Shown: positions 30,525 to 39,832 of the stretch, piece by piece
How positions within the stretch are numbered: position 1 is the stretch's first letter
Layout: every line of letters starts with the position of its first letter
Assembly (NCBI GenBank): GCA_016840085.1
Contig: JAEOTA010000051.1
Location: forward strand, 1-64,000
Length of the DNA: 64,000 nucleotides
DNA from: Promethearchaeota archaeon
Lineage (GTDB): Archaea > Asgardarchaeota > Lokiarchaeia > Sigyniarchaeales > SOKP01
Direction of reading: 5' to 3'
Made by a program: the position numbers and the translations under genes
Notes under the pieces: generated by a model
The model's database searches: none
What the model saw: only the letters and a program-made list of their open reading frames with translations
What the model was told of the DNA's origin: nothing

Positions 30525-30824
30525 TAAAATAACCTCAAAGCTTTATTTTTTTTAAATCTGTAATCTCTTCTAAAAAAATATTAAAATATTTACTATATAT
30601 TTGTTTCTTTTAATTTCAGATTTACACTCCTAACTAGTTTTTATTTACAAATTTAATTTAGAATTCTTTTTATTACATTATCAAAAAATGAGCAAACTAG
30701 CATAATTAACACTACTATTTTTTTAAATCGGAAAAACTATGCTTCAATTGTTATTTGATTTTATTTTTTATTATATTCAAAAATTGGTATAGTTTTTTAT
30801 GAAAACATATCAATTCTATGACTT

Positions 30825-33122
30825 CTATTGAATAGGTAATTTTAATATAAATGTGCTCCCTTTATCTCTTCCTTCAGATTCAGCCCATATTTTCCCCTCA
30901 TGTAAATCTATGATTTGCTTTGATATATATAACCCCAGACCGGAACCTTGGATATCTATATACTCTAATCCATCTCCATATCTTTCAATTTTTCCAAACC
31001 TTGTAAAAATTATCTCCATTTCTTCACTTGTAAGCCCTATTCCAGTATCAATGATATAAATTTCAGCCCAGTTATCTATTTTTTTTAAAATTATTTTTAT
31101 ACTTCCTTTTGGTGGAGTATTTTTTATTGCATTTGATAAGAGGTTTAGAAGTACATGTTCCATTCTTACTTTATCTACTTCAATATACATCTCATTAGGC
31201 AGATCAAGCTTTAGGATCAAATTTCGCTTTCGGATTAGGTACAGCAGCTCGTTCGTACAATTTTTAATAATATTGCTTAAATCATATAAATCTTTTTTTA
31301 ATTGGAACTTTTTATACTCTATTCGAGTTATGTCTAGTAGATTATCAACCAGATATTTTAGCCTTTTACCACCTTTTTCAATCATTTCAATAAGTTCTTT
31401 AGATTCCTTTTTAAATTGATCTTTAAACATATCTAAAAGGAGTTCAGATGCTCCACAAACAGATACAAGAGGCGTTTTCAACTCATGAGAAACTCTAGAA
31501 ATTAAATCTTTTCTAATTTGATCTAATTCTTTCAGTTTCTGAATTTCCTCTTTAATGAGAAGATCTGCCTTTTTTTGTTCTGAGATGTCATTTAAGATCG
31601 TTTGAATTAAGACTTCATCACCTAATTTCACTAAAGATGATTGGTACCTCATCCAAATCAAATTACCATCTTTTTTATATAATTCTATATCTAGTGGAGG
31701 TAAAATTTCACCTTTTAAAACCTTATAAAACCGTTCAAGCATTTTTGGTATATATTTTGGATGAAGAGCTGGAAGATTTTTAAATTCATTACCAATTAAT
31801 TCATCTTCACTATAACCAAGCATTTTTTCAATTGCAGGATTACAATAAATTAACTTACCCTGTTGGTCAATTAATACAATTGAAAATGGGACAGATTCAA
31901 TTAAATTCCGATATCGTGCCTCAGATTCCCTTAACTTTTGTTCTAATTCAAATTTTTCTGTAATATCTGAAATTAATCCCTGAATTACAACGGAATCTTC
32001 CTTATTTGTTTTTAATATGTGAGAATTTAATTGAAACACTAATTTTTTACTATTTCTATTTTTTGCATGAACTAGATAATTCTTTACAAAACTTTTTTGT
32101 TCTATTTCATTTAAATAAACTTTACGTTCTTCAGGATTCTGCCAAAAATCATGCACATCTCTGTTTGTTAAATTCTCAGAGCTGTCATAACCAAGTAATT
32201 CACAAAATGCTGGATTATGATTTAATAATACACCCTCCCAGTTTACTTGATAAAAACCCATATCTAAATTATTGATCATACTTCTGTACTTTTCTTCTGA
32301 TTTTCTTAACATTTTCTCTGCTAAAACACGTGTAGTAATATCACGAACTATCCCTTGAATAACCTTTTTCCCTCCAATTTCAAACAAACTGGAGGAAACC
32401 TCAGCTAGAAAAATTTTACCGTTTTTCTTTTTAAAACTAATTTCAAATCTTATTACTCCTGATTCAGAAATCTCTTTAAAAGCTTTTTTAGAGGTTTCAA
32501 GTTCTGATTCAGGATGAAGTTGAGATATATTCAACGATAGGATCTCCGATTCAGTATAACCGAATTGATCTAATACTTTTTGGTTTACATCTATGATATT
32601 TCCTTCAAGATCATGAAGAAAAATAGCATCATTTGAATGGTGAAATAGATTGCTATATTGTTCCTCGGATTCCCTTAACTCTTGAGTTCTTAAATTAACT
32701 ATTTGTTCTAATTCTTCTTTAAATTTTTTCTCTTCTTCCTTTCTTTTAGTAATATCACGAAATAACCCATAAAAACCAATTTTATTTCCCTTAGAATCAT
32801 ATTTTAAATATATAGAAGTTTCACCAATAATATTATCTCCTTTATTATTCATGAATTGGTATTGAAAATCTGTTAATGGTTTTTCAGTCCGAAAAACATA
32901 ATTAAATCCTTCAAAAACTTTTTTTCTATTTTTTTCATCAGTTATATATTCATAATTTAATCCTAATAACTCCTTTTTAGAATATCCAGTAAGCTTACGT
33001 AATGAATCGTTAAAGTAAGTAAAATTACCTTTTAAATCGACTTCGAAATAACATTCTTTTATTGTTTCTAATAATTGTAAAAATTTATTTTCAGAAAACT
33101 CCACTTTTTTTCCTTTAACCAA
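30825..33122 (-). CDS. Soluble multi-PAS (about 4) sensor histidine kinase, paralog
   Basis: SHELKTPL, NLLSNAIK, DTGIG, GSGLGL. Confidence 0.93.
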   Translation of the reverse strand: MVKGKKVEFSENKFLQLLETIKECYFEVDLKGNFTYFNDSLRKLTGYSKKELLGLNYEYITDEKNRKKVFEGFNYVFRTEKPLTDFQYQFMNNKGDNIIGETSIYLKYDSKGNKIGFYGLFRDITKRKEEEKKFKEELEQIVNLRTQELRESEEQYSNLFHHSNDAIFLHDLEGNIIDVNQKVLDQFGYTESEILSLNISQLHPESELETSKKAFKEISESGVIRFEISFKKKNGKIFLAEVSSSLFEIGGKKVIQGIVRDITTRVLAEKMLRKSEEKYRSMINNLDMGFYQVNWEGVLLNHNPAFCELLGYDSSENLTNRDVHDFWQNPEERKVYLNEIEQKSFVKNYLVHAKNRNSKKLVFQLNSHILKTNKEDSVVIQGLISDITEKFELEQKLRESEARYRNLIESVPFSIVLIDQQGKLIYCNPAIEKMLGYSEDELIGNEFKNLPALHPKYIPKMLERFYKVLKGEILPPLDIELYKKDGNLIWMRYQSSLVKLGDEVLIQTILNDISEQKKADLLIKEEIQKLKELDQIRKDLISRVSHELKTPLVSVCGASELLLDMFKDQFKKESKELIEMIEKGGKRLKYLVDNLLDITRIEYKKFQLKKDLYDLSNIIKNCTNELLYLIRKRNLILKLDLPNEMYIEVDKVRMEHVLLNLLSNAIKNTPPKGSIKIILKKIDNWAEIYIIDTGIGLTSEEMEIIFTRFGKIERYGDGLEYIDIQGSGLGLYISKQIIDLHEGKIWAESEGRDKGSTFILKLPIQ

Positions 33123-33418
33123 CTATTTTCTTTACTAATTTTTAAAAATCCCTTAATCTACATAAATACGTATCCTACAGAAGAAAAGAATTTTTTATTA
33201 TGACATTAATGAAATATAAAGTATTTAACTTTTATTTAAAAAGAGTTATGCTCTATTCCTTTGTAAATTATTAACAATTTTAAATTCTATATTCTTAAAA
33301 CTCATAACTTAATTAAAATCCCGCTAATATCTTTATTTTTATAAATGGTAAGAAATAAAAACTTATCTGCGTTTGATTTTATACAAGAATCTTATTTAAA
33401 TCTAATTTTGATATATTA

Positions 33419-33718
33419 ATGACAGACTCAAAAAAAGACTATCAAAAAATTCTAGGTTCAGTTCAAAAACCAGTTATCGGGGAAGCTGGAAAAACTGGAA
33501 CTTGGAGCTCCAAAAAACCAGTGATAGATTTAGATAAATGTATTCCTGCTAAGTCCGGAAAACTGAGCTGCTTTAATTGTTGGTTATATTGCCCTGAAGC
33601 GGTAATCACTAGGACTATTCCACCTAAAATAGATTATGAATATTGTAAAGGCTGTGGTATATGTATGGAAGAATGTCCTGTGAAAGCTATATCAATGGAG
33701 GAGGTGAAACTTGAATGA
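33419..33718 (+). CDS. porD: 2-oxoacid:ferredoxin oxidoreductase delta subunit
   Basis: KTGTW...KPVID, CFNCWLYCPE, DYEYCKGCGICMEECP. Confidence 0.92.
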   Translation: MTDSKKDYQKILGSVQKPVIGEAGKTGTWSSKKPVIDLDKCIPAKSGKLSCFNCWLYCPEAVITRTIPPKIDYEYCKGCGICMEECPVKAISMEEVKLE

Positions 33719-35007
33719 CTATTAGAGAAAAGAAAAAGATGTTGATTGATGAAAATGTTACAATTCTAACAGGAAATCATGCTGCAGCACATGCTTTTAG
33801 ACAATCAAAGGTTGGTGTTGTTTCTGCTTATCCGATAACTCCACAAAGTCCTGTTGTTGAAAAAATTGCTGAATTTATAGCAGAAGGAAAGTTAAATGCA
33901 AGATTTGTAATGGTCGAATCAGAACATTCTGCTCTTGCTGTATGCTGTGCTGCTTCTGCAACAGGTTCTAGAGTCGGCACAGCAACTTCAGCTCATGGAT
34001 TGGAATTTATGTATGAAATGTTACCATGGGCAGCGGGAAATAGACTACCATTAGTTATAAATCTAGCCACAAGGTCGCTTGGAGCACCTTGGTCTGTCTG
34101 GACAGATCACTCGGATTTTATTACGATTAGAGATGTAGGTTGGATGCAATTCATGTGCGAAAATAACCAAGAAATTTATGATACAAACATTCAAGCTTTT
34201 AGAATTGCTGAAGATAAGCGAGTTTTTTTACCAGCAATTGTAGCATATGATGGATATATATTATCACATACAGTTATGCCTGTAAAATTAGAAAATCAAA
34301 AAGACATAGATGAGTTTTTACCACCTCTTAAGCATCATATTAATTTATCAGATATTTCAACAATTAAAGGAATAGATCCTGTTACAACGCCTCATGTTGT
34401 TAAAAGAGAAGAAGGAACTGCACCAGGATATTATGAATATAGATATGCCTTGCAGAAAGCATTAGAAAATTCAATAAATATAATTAAAGAAGTTCATGAT
34501 GAATTTGCTGAAAAATTCGGTAGAACTTATGGAAATGGTGTATATAAGGCAATTAATACCGAGGATGCGGATATAATAATATTTGGAATGGGATCTGTGG
34601 CTTCTCAATCTAGAATTGCTGTTAAAAAACTCAGAGAACAAGGATTAAAGGTGGGATTGGTAAGTCTGAAACTTTTTAGACCCTATCCCTCAGAAGAATT
34701 AAGGGAATTTTTCAAGGATAAGGAAAATATAGTGGTCTTTGACAGAGAGATTGGATATGGCTATGAAGGTGTTCTATCTTATGAATTGAAAGCTGCCCTC
34801 TATGGATTAAAGACAAGACCAAATATTAAAGGATTTATTGTGGGATTAGGAGGAAGAGATGTAAAAACTGAACATATCATTACTGGTGTTCGTCGAGCTT
34901 TAGATGATTTTAAAAAAGGAATTTTCACCAATAAAACAGAATTTTTGGGATTACGATTAGAAGAATTAGAAGATTATGATGAAAAAACTTATTTTGCAGA
35001 GAGGTGA
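33715..35007 (+). CDS. porA: 2-oxoacid:ferredoxin oxidoreductase alpha subunit
   Basis: AYPITPQS, VESEHSA, DGYILSH, GLGGRD. Confidence 0.92.
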   Translation: MTIREKKKMLIDENVTILTGNHAAAHAFRQSKVGVVSAYPITPQSPVVEKIAEFIAEGKLNARFVMVESEHSALAVCCAASATGSRVGTATSAHGLEFMYEMLPWAAGNRLPLVINLATRSLGAPWSVWTDHSDFITIRDVGWMQFMCENNQEIYDTNIQAFRIAEDKRVFLPAIVAYDGYILSHTVMPVKLENQKDIDEFLPPLKHHINLSDISTIKGIDPVTTPHVVKREEGTAPGYYEYRYALQKALENSINIIKEVHDEFAEKFGRTYGNGVYKAINTEDADIIIFGMGSVASQSRIAVKKLREQGLKVGLVSLKLFRPYPSEELREFFKDKENIVVFDREIGYGYEGVLSYELKAALYGLKTRPNIKGFIVGLGGRDVKTEHIITGVRRALDDFKKGIFTNKTEFLGLRLEELEDYDEKTYFAER

Positions 35008-35013
35008 GAAGCG

Positions 35014-35913
35014 TTGGTAAATGTGATGGAACTTCCTGAAGAAGAATATATATATCCAGGCACACGTGCCTGTGCGGGTTGTGGAATGGCACTAATATAT
35101 AGAATTGCTCTCAAAGCTTTGGGTGCCAATACTATTATAACAGTCCCCGCATCTTGTTTAACAGTTCTACATGGCATGCAAGGTTTTTGTACTACCAAAG
35201 TTTCTGTTTATCACACACCATTTGCAACTACAGGCGCGGCAGCATCTGGAATCTTAGCCTCATTAGAGGATAAAAATTTAGCAGATAAAATAACTATTCT
35301 TGCTTTTGCGGGAGATGGTGGGACAACAGATATAGGTATTCAAGCTCTAAGTGGAGCTGCAGAAAGAGGAACAAATTTCATCTATGCTTGCTATGATAAT
35401 GAAGCATATATGAATACTGGTGTTCAAAGAAGCGGTTCAACACCATTGGGAGTCCAAACAACTACCACTCCTAGGGGAAAAGCGGTTCATAAGAAAAATA
35501 TGCCTAAAATTTTAGAAGCCCATGGAATTCCTTATGTTGCCACCGCAAATGCTGCTTACCCACTTGATTTATATGAAAAATTTAAAAGAGCAAAGACTAT
35601 TAAAGGCACTAAATATATTCACATAATTTCTCCTTGTCCACCTGGGTGGGGATATGATCCAAAAGATACAATCCTCATAGGTAGACTCGCAACTCAAACT
35701 GGATTTTGGCCCCTTTATGAGGTTATAAATGGAAAGTTTGAATTATCGAAACCAAGTAAAAAATATTTGGATCCATCAAAAATAACGCCGATTGCAGAGT
35801 ATTTAAATGTCCAAAAAAGATTTAGATCTATAGATGATAAAACAGTACTACTTTATGAAGAGTATATTAATAAATTATGGAAAGAAATAAAGCAAAGACT
35901 TGATAATAAATAA
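35014..35913 (+). CDS. porB: 2-oxoacid:ferredoxin oxidoreductase beta subunit
   Basis: ACAGCG, GDGGTTDIG, YDNEAYMNTGVQRS, PCPPGW. Confidence 0.92.
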   Translation: MVNVMELPEEEYIYPGTRACAGCGMALIYRIALKALGANTIITVPASCLTVLHGMQGFCTTKVSVYHTPFATTGAAASGILASLEDKNLADKITILAFAGDGGTTDIGIQALSGAAERGTNFIYACYDNEAYMNTGVQRSGSTPLGVQTTTTPRGKAVHKKNMPKILEAHGIPYVATANAAYPLDLYEKFKRAKTIKGTKYIHIISPCPPGWGYDPKDTILIGRLATQTGFWPLYEVINGKFELSKPSKKYLDPSKITPIAEYLNVQKRFRSIDDKTVLLYEEYINKLWKEIKQRLDNK

Positions 35914-36031
35914 TATTGAGAGTCTAATATTTTCACTATTAATTTAAAACTTTTTTATCTAATTTTTTTAATTACCAATATTGTATGGAAAAGAATAAAA
36001 AGTAATTTTAGTTAAGATAAATAGAGAATTC

Positions 36032-36814
36032 ATGCTTAGAACATATATTTTCAATGAATCTAAATCTAGTTGGACAGAAGAAGATCAACGTTTACTATTA
36101 CATGATGTTTGTGTATTTTTAGATGAAACAAATAAAAAAATCTATATATGGAATGGTCCAAAAAGTTCCAAAGAAAAATTCAAAAAAGGGTTTGAATTAG
36201 TTGGGGAGATTCTTTCTAATTATCCTGATTTGAAACTCCAACTAATAGTATTAAAGAAAGACATTCCAACTAATATTGAAAGTAAGCTTAATTCTATGTT
36301 GGAATCTGCAAAAAAAGAGGAAATCACAACACTTTTGTTTAGTAGATTATCAACGATACGTTTTTATTTTATTTTTTTATTAGGTGTAATAATATTACCA
36401 ATAATTGCATTAGCAAATTTGAGCTTATCTTTAATATGGCCAGTTTCTAATGGAAATTATGAAGTAAGTAGTGCATTATATGAAATGTGGATAAATATTT
36501 CTAAGATAATAATGATTATAACCCTAATTCTATTTATCTTAAATACAATAATAGGGATAATCGAAATAGAAAACCAGGTTATAATTTTTTCTACAGCTGG
36601 TTTAATTATATCTATTGGAATAGTGATTTATTTAAATTTTGGCATCTTTCTTTTCTTATTTCAAGAAGGATCAACATTAACCGATTACTTGATTTCACGA
36701 GAAGATCTATTTTTCTTTTTCTTTCTAAACTTGATTGCAATCCTAATTTTCGAAATTCCAAATATATATAAATTTGTATCTTTTTTGAAGACTTATCGAA
36801 AATTTATAATGTAA
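36032..36814 (+). CDS. N-terminal gelsolin-like domain fused to four TM helices
   Basis: DVCVFLDETNKKIYIWNGPKSS gelsolin-type core; four hydrophobic stretches after about residue 110. Confidence 0.65.
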   Translation: MLRTYIFNESKSSWTEEDQRLLLHDVCVFLDETNKKIYIWNGPKSSKEKFKKGFELVGEILSNYPDLKLQLIVLKKDIPTNIESKLNSMLESAKKEEITTLLFSRLSTIRFYFIFLLGVIILPIIALANLSLSLIWPVSNGNYEVSSALYEMWINISKIIMIITLILFILNTIIGIIEIENQVIIFSTAGLIISIGIVIYLNFGIFLFLFQEGSTLTDYLISREDLFFFFFLNLIAILIFEIPNIYKFVSFLKTYRKFIM

Positions 36815-36839
36815 AATTCATTTTTTAGCTGAATAGAGT

Positions 36840-37718
36840 GTGGAAGTAGCAAAACTACTTACGAGCTTGGAAAAGGAAGACTTTAGGATATTAATGGCAA
36901 TTGAAATAGGTATGCGGAGATCTGAATATGTGACAGTAAGTAATATCAAATTTTACTCAAGATATAAGATGGAAGAAACTTTATTTCGCTTAAATAGAGT
37001 TCATAAACTGGATTTGATAATTAGAGATGCTTCAAAGTATGAAATCGGATATACTCTTAACTCAAAAGCGTATGACTTGCTTGCATTACATACATTAGTA
37101 GAGAAAAACATTATTAGTCAACTTGGACCTCTAATAGGAAAAGGAAAAGAATCGGATGTATACAGTTGTATGGATGATCATGAAAACATCTTTGCATTAA
37201 AAATTTATCGCATGGGGCGAACTAGTTTCAAAAGCATTAAGAATTTAAGAGATCTCATAGGTGAAAGAGGACATTTTTCTTGGTTGTATATAAATAGACT
37301 AGCTGCTAAAAAAGAATTTGAAGTCTTAGAAAAGATTTATAAACTTAGTTTAAATACTCCAAAGCCTATAGCGTATAATAGACATATTGTTGTTATGTCT
37401 TATTTGAGAGGAAAAGAATTAGTTTATTATAAAAATATTGATAATCCCGTGAAAATTTTTAATAAAATAATAAAACAAATGAAAGAAATTTATCAAAAAG
37501 GACGTATGATTCATGGGGATTTGGGTGAATTCAATATCGTATTAGACGAGAAAGGGAATATATTAATCATTGATTGGTTGCAATGGGTACCACGTGATCA
37601 CCCTAATGCGAAATCTCTTCTTAAAAGAGATATAAAAAATGTTTGTAATTATTTTCAAAGAAAATTCAATGTTGAAAGCAATGTAAACGGGATCATAAGA
37701 GACTTTTATAAGAAGTAA
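36840..37718 (+). CDS. rio2: RIO2-type atypical Ser/Thr kinase
   Basis: N-terminal wHTH, GKGKESDVY, RMGRTSF, HGDLGEFN, IDW. Confidence 0.92.
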   Translation: MEVAKLLTSLEKEDFRILMAIEIGMRRSEYVTVSNIKFYSRYKMEETLFRLNRVHKLDLIIRDASKYEIGYTLNSKAYDLLALHTLVEKNIISQLGPLIGKGKESDVYSCMDDHENIFALKIYRMGRTSFKSIKNLRDLIGERGHFSWLYINRLAAKKEFEVLEKIYKLSLNTPKPIAYNRHIVVMSYLRGKELVYYKNIDNPVKIFNKIIKQMKEIYQKGRMIHGDLGEFNIVLDEKGNILIIDWLQWVPRDHPNAKSLLKRDIKNVCNYFQRKFNVESNVNGIIRDFYKK

Positions 37719-37730
37719 ATAAAAAATAAG

Positions 37731-38327
37731 TTAGTCCTTTAATTTCTTTCCAATAATTATATAATCTTCTAAATTTTCCATATTTATAATTTCAGAGTTC
37801 TTTATTTTAGATTTCACAAGACTTATTAATGTTGTCAAATCAAATTTTTTCTTTAAAAATGATAATTTAATCTCTGCATTTTTTTTACATACTCGCAACG
37901 ATTCTCTAATTCCTTCCTTGATGTAAGGTAAGTTTTGAAAAGATGTAAGTGAAAAAACTGAATTAATGGTTTTGTCTCTAATTGGCAAATTTTCTATATC
38001 AGACAGTATCAATATTGGGTTTGAAAATCCAATCTGAGAGATTTTAGCTTTAAATTCTAATAACATGCTCCAAGAAATATCAATACCTATATAGATATAC
38101 CTTATTATCCCGTGATAATTTATTGAATTTATTAGATATTCAAATAATAATCCAGTACCACAACCCATATCTAAAATGATTTTTTTATTGAGATTATAAT
38201 CTTTTATAACTATTTCATATTTCATTTCTTGGATTGTTGCATATCTTTTATCATAGAAATAAGCTGTAGAATTATATTTCTCAATAATTTTCTTCTTTTT
38301 ATTATTATCTTTAAAAAACTCTTCCAA
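37731..38327 (-). CDS. Class I SAM-dependent methyltransferase
   Basis: ILDMGCGTG, GIDISWSML, DIENLP. Confidence 0.85.
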   Translation of the reverse strand: MEEFFKDNNKKKKIIEKYNSTAYFYDKRYATIQEMKYEIVIKDYNLNKKIILDMGCGTGLLFEYLINSINYHGIIRYIYIGIDISWSMLLEFKAKISQIGFSNPILILSDIENLPIRDKTINSVFSLTSFQNLPYIKEGIRESLRVCKKNAEIKLSFLKKKFDLTTLISLVKSKIKNSEIINMENLEDYIIIGKKLKD

Positions 38328-38457
38328 GAAGATTACCAGATAAATTTATTCTTCAAATTTTAATGTGTAATAAAGAAAGGTTTTAATTCAAAAAAATCTA
38401 TCTTTAAATAATCTTTTTAATAGATATATTTAAGATTTTTTTGATGAAGGTATAAAA

Positions 38458-38721
38458 ATGTCAACAAGAAATAGCACTCAGCAGAGGTCAAAAAACCCTC
38501 TCATGATACTCCAGAATGCGCAGAATTCCATTATTTTACTCAGATTAAAAGATGGAACAGAATATAGAGGTTTATTGAAAGAAATTGATGCATATATGAA
38601 CATGATATTAGAAGACGCGACAGAGCTCTTAGAGGGCACGCCTGTTGCGAAGTATAACGAAATTTTCATTCGTGGTAATAATCTTTTGTTTATTAAACCC
38701 GATGCTTCTCAAATCACATAA
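38458..38721 (+). CDS. Sm/LSm protein
   Basis: LKDG...GLL...DAYMNMIL (Sm1), IFIRGNN (Sm2). Confidence 0.93.
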   Translation: MSTRNSTQQRSKNPLMILQNAQNSIILLRLKDGTEYRGLLKEIDAYMNMILEDATELLEGTPVAKYNEIFIRGNNLLFIKPDASQIT

Positions 38722-38775
38722 ATAGAGAAGCTCTAATTAGATTATAGGATATTAAAACAGATCTAGTTGATTTTC

Positions 38776-39684
38776 TTATAATTCTATTATTTTCGGAATT
38801 ATTTTATTGTTTCTAATAAGTGCAAATGATGCGGGATTTGGTGAATAAGATCCTCTATAATTTGCTGAAGAAAATATAGATAATAATTTTTTTTTGAAAA
38901 ACCAACGATATCCCTCTGGAAAACATTCATGTGCTCTAATAAGATATTCAAGATTATTATTCCTCATGAAGTTATTAAAAGCGTCTTCTCCAAAAAAATA
39001 AATCCCAGAACCTCGAAAACTATTAGCAAAACCTTGTAGTTCTGATTTAGGATCATTCCACATAATTTGAAATATACCCTTTGAGATTGATTTGAATATT
39101 TTAATCATATCTTTCGTTTTATAACCTTTTAATTTTTTAAGAATTTCAGTGTCTTGAGAGATTCCTCCATGCAGACATAAAATAGTGCTATTGATTAACG
39201 CACATATAGGGAGGACATCATAAACCGTTAAAATTTCATTGAACTTCTTAGAATCTTTGAACTTATGCATAAAATCCTGAAAAAAACCATAATATTGATT
39301 CATTTCAAGAGTCTCATGATTTCCTCTAAGTAGATAATATCTTTGAGGATTAAGAATTTTTAAAGTTAATACAATCAATAAACATTCTAGCTGTTTAGGC
39401 CCTCGATCAACGATATCTCCCAGAAATATAACCATGTTTGGATTTTTTTCCTCTATAATTTCAATTAATTTCACTAATGTCTCGAAATTCCCATGAATAT
39501 CTCCAATTACATAAATCATCTCATCTTTATTTTTCAAATTAAATTCTAACAGTATATTTTCATTTTCGAAAATTTTTTTAGCATTTTGTAGAATTTTAAT
39601 AATGTCATCAAATTTTAAATTAGAAAACAAGTGTGGATTTTTTATCATATCCTTTAAAAAGGCATAGTTAATCAAAATTCCCAA
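38776..39684 (-). CDS. PPP family Ser/Thr protein phosphatase
   Basis: GDIHG, GDIVDRG, RGNHE, HGG, WNDP, IRAHE, FSSANY. Confidence 0.92.
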   Translation of the reverse strand: MGILINYAFLKDMIKNPHLFSNLKFDDIIKILQNAKKIFENENILLEFNLKNKDEMIYVIGDIHGNFETLVKLIEIIEEKNPNMVIFLGDIVDRGPKQLECLLIVLTLKILNPQRYYLLRGNHETLEMNQYYGFFQDFMHKFKDSKKFNEILTVYDVLPICALINSTILCLHGGISQDTEILKKLKGYKTKDMIKIFKSISKGIFQIMWNDPKSELQGFANSFRGSGIYFFGEDAFNNFMRNNNLEYLIRAHECFPEGYRWFFKKKLLSIFSSANYRGSYSPNPASFALIRNNKIIPKIIEL

Positions 39685-39832
39685 CGCTCAAAAATAAGAT
39701 ATTTCATTTTTTTTCTTATTTTTAATATTATTTCTATAATTTTTATTAGTAAGGAAATTTAAATTAAAAACAGAATTAGTAGAAAATTCTAGAATTTTAA
39801 TAAAATAAAATAATTAATTTTCAATAGAAAAT

